A stretch of DNA of 64,000 nt from Macrostomum lignano (taxonomy: Eukaryota). The translations under genes and the position numbers were made by a program. How positions within the stretch are numbered: the stretch's first letter is position 1; each line of letters begins with the position of its first letter. The notes below the pieces were generated by a model. That model saw only the letters and a program-made list of their open reading frames with translations. It was not told the origin of the DNA and made no database searches. Where the stretch lies: positions 434,001 through 498,000 of the forward strand of contig NIVC01000387.1 in the NCBI GenBank assembly GCA_002269645.1. Reading direction: 5' to 3'. Shown here piece by piece: positions 61,101-64,000 of the stretch.

Positions 61101-64000
61101 TCGAGACTGGAATCATAGTCATAGAAGAGTCTATCGAGACTGGAATCATAGTCATAGAAGAGTCTATCGAGACTGGAATCATAGTCATAGAAGAGTCTAT
61201 CGAGACTGGAATCATAGTCATAGAAGAGTCTATCGAGACTGGAATCATCATAGAAGAGTCTATCGAGACTGGAATCATAGTCATAGAAGAGTCTATCGAG
61301 ACTGGAATCAGTCATAGAAGAGTCTATCGAGACTGGAATCATAGTCATAGAAGAGTCTATCGAGACTGGAATCATAGTCATAGAAGAGTCTATCGAGACT
61401 GGAATCATAGTCATAGAAGAGTCTATCGAGACTGGAATCATCATAGAAGAGTCTATCGAGACTGGAATCATAGTCATAGAAGAGTCTATCGAGACTGGAA
61501 TCATAGTCATAGAAGAGTCTATCGAGACTGGAATCATAGTCATAGAAGAGTCTATCGAGACTGGAATCATAGTCATAGAAGAGTCTATCGAGACTGGAAT
61601 CATAGTCATAGAAGAGTCTATCGAGACTGGAATCATAGTCATAGAAGAGTCTATCGAGACTGGAATCATAGTCATAGAAGAGTCTATCGAGACTGGAATC
61701 ATAGTCATAGAAGAGTCTATCGAGACTGGAATCATAGTCATAGAAGAGTCTATCGAGACTGGAATCATAGTCATAGAAGAGTCTATCGAGACTGGAATCA
61801 TAGTCATAGAAGAGTCTATCGAGACTGGAATCATAGTCATAGAAGAGTCTATCGAGACTGGAATCATAGTCATAGAAGAGTCTATCGAGACTGGAATCAT
61901 AGTCATAGAAGAGTCTATCGAGACTGGAATCATAGTCATAGAAGAGTCTATCGAGACTGGAATCATAGTCATAGAAGAGTCTATCGAGACTGGAATCATC
62001 ATAGAAGAGTCTATCGAGACTGGAATCATAGTCATAGAAGAGTCTATCGAGACTGGAATCATAGTCATAGAAGAGTCTATCGAGACTGGAATCATAGTCA
62101 TAGAAGAGTCTATCGAGACTGGAATCATAGTCATAGAAGAGTCTATCGAGACTGGAATCATAGTCATAGAAGAGTCTATCGAGACTGGAATCATAGTCAT
62201 AGAAGAGTCTATCGAGACTGGAATCATAGTCATAGAAGAGTCTATCGAGACTGGAATCATAGTCATAGAAGAGTCTATCGAGACTGGAATCATAGTCATA
62301 GAAGAGTCTATCGAGACTGGAATCATAGTCATAGAAGAGTCTATCGAGACTGGAATCATAGTCATAGAAGAGTCTATCGAGACTGGAATCATAGTCATAG
62401 AAGAGTCTATCGAGACTGGAATCATAGTCATAGAAGAGTCTATCGAGACTGGAATCATAGTCATAGAAGAGTCTATCGAGACTGGAATCATAGTCATAGA
62501 AGAGTCTATCGAGACTGGAATCATAGTCATAGAAGAGTCTATCGAGACTGGAATCATAGTCATAGAAGAGTCTATCGAGACTGGAATCATAGTCATAGAA
62601 GAGTCTATCGAGACTGGAATCATAGTCATAGAAGAGTCTATCGAGACTGGAATCATAGTCATAGAAGAGTCTATCGAGACTGGAATCATAGTCATAGAAG
62701 AGTCTATCGAGACTGGAATCATAGTCATAGAAGAGTCTATCGAGACTGGAATCATAGTCATAGAAGAGTCTATCGAGACTGGAATCATAGTCATAGAAGA
62801 GTCTATCGAGACTGGAATCATAGTCATAGAAGAGTCTATCGAGACTGGAATCATAGTCATAGAAGAGTCTATCGAGACTGGAATCATAGTCATAGAAGAG
62901 TCTATCGAGACTGGAATCATCATAGAAGAGTCTATCGAGACTGGAATCATAGTCATAGAAGAGTCTATCGAGACTGGAATCATAGTCATAGAAGAGTCTA
63001 TCGAGACTGGAATCATAGTCATAGAAGAGTCTATCGAGACTGGAATCATAGTCATAGAAGAGTCTATCGAGACTGGAATCATAGTCATAGAAGAGTCTAT
63101 CGAGACTGGAATCATAGTCATAGAAGAGTCTATCGAGACTGGAATCATAGTCATAGAAGAGTCTATCGAGACTGGAATCATAGTCATAGAAGAGTCTATC
63201 GAGACTGGAATCATAGTCATAGAAGAGTCTATCGAGACTGGAATCATAGTCATAGAAGAGTCTATCGAGACTGGAATCATCATAGAAGAGTCTATCGAGA
63301 CTGGAATCATAGTCATAGAAGAGTCTATCGAGACTGGAATCATAGTCATAGAAGAGTCTATCGAGACTGGAATCATAGTCATAGAAGAGTCTATCGAGAC
63401 TGGAATCATCATAGAAGAGTCTATCGAGACTGGAATCATAGTCATAGAAGAGTCTATCGAGACTGGAATCATCATAGAAGAGTCTATCGAGACTGGAATC
63501 ATAGTCATAGAAGAGTCTATCGAGACTGGAATCATAGTCATAGAAGAGTCTATCGAGACTGGAATCATAGTCATAGAAGAGTCTATCGAGACTGGAATCA
63601 TAGTCATAGAAGAGTCTATCGAGACTGGAATCATAGTCATAGAAGAGTCTATCGAGACTGGAATCATAGTCATAGAAGAGTCTATCGAGACTGGAATCAT
63701 CATAGAAGAGTCTATCGAGACTGGAATCATAGTCATAGAAGAGTCTATCGAGACTGGAATCATCATAGAAGAGTCTATCGAGACTGGAATCATAGTCATA
63801 GAAGAGTCTATCGAGACTGGAATCATAGTCATAGAAGAGTCTATCGAGACTGGAATCATCATAGAAGAGTCTATCGAGACTGGAATCATAGTCATAGAAG
63901 AGTCTATCGAGACTGGAATCATAGTCATAGAAGAGTCTATCGAGACTGGAATCATCATAGAAGAGTCTATCGAGACTGGAATCATCATAGAAGAGTCTAT
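52128..64000. repeat. Large satellite of mixed 33-bp (AGAAGAGTCTATCGAGACTGGAATCATAGTCAT) and 30-bp units, running off the window
   Basis: Read directly; >350 units. The left edge is more variable than the interior. Confidence 0.98.

Noticed and set aside
52197-63988. Very long ORFs (up to 2593 aa) in the terminal satellite treated as genes
   Set aside because: They are pure translations of a 33/30-bp tandem unit with no unique domain, splice context or synonymous-site variation.

Overview
This is eukaryotic (metazoan) genomic DNA with GT-AG spliced genes, GC-rich coding exons and roughly 45% tandem repeat. The style resembles free-living flatworms such as Macrostomum, which is an inference and was not checked. 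I rebuilt four complete genes by hand with consistent exon phases: a PLEKHG7-like DH-PH RhoGEF (minus, 17 exons, ~1143 aa), RPAIN/RIP (minus, 2 exons, 217 aa), ARL8 (minus, 3 exons, 184 aa) and an NPY/NPF-receptor-like GPCR (plus, 4 exons, 488 aa). An IQ-motif exon of a further gene lies at the left edge. Mobile DNA comprises a TTAA-flanked piggyBac with a frameshifted transposase and long fold-back arms, a non-autonomous hAT/P-type element with an 8-bp TSD, Charlie-like MITE pieces and two tRNA-derived SINEs. About 20 distinct mini/microsatellites are present, and an ~11.9-kb 33/30-bp satellite runs off the right end. The most unusual observations are a ~3.5-kb array made of ~200 tandem copies of the Pol III A-box head of the adjacent SINE, the self-complementary piggyBac, and a sharply bounded AT-rich, CpG-stripped segment in ARL8 intron 1. 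Most long ORFs in the supplied track are repeat translations, not genes.
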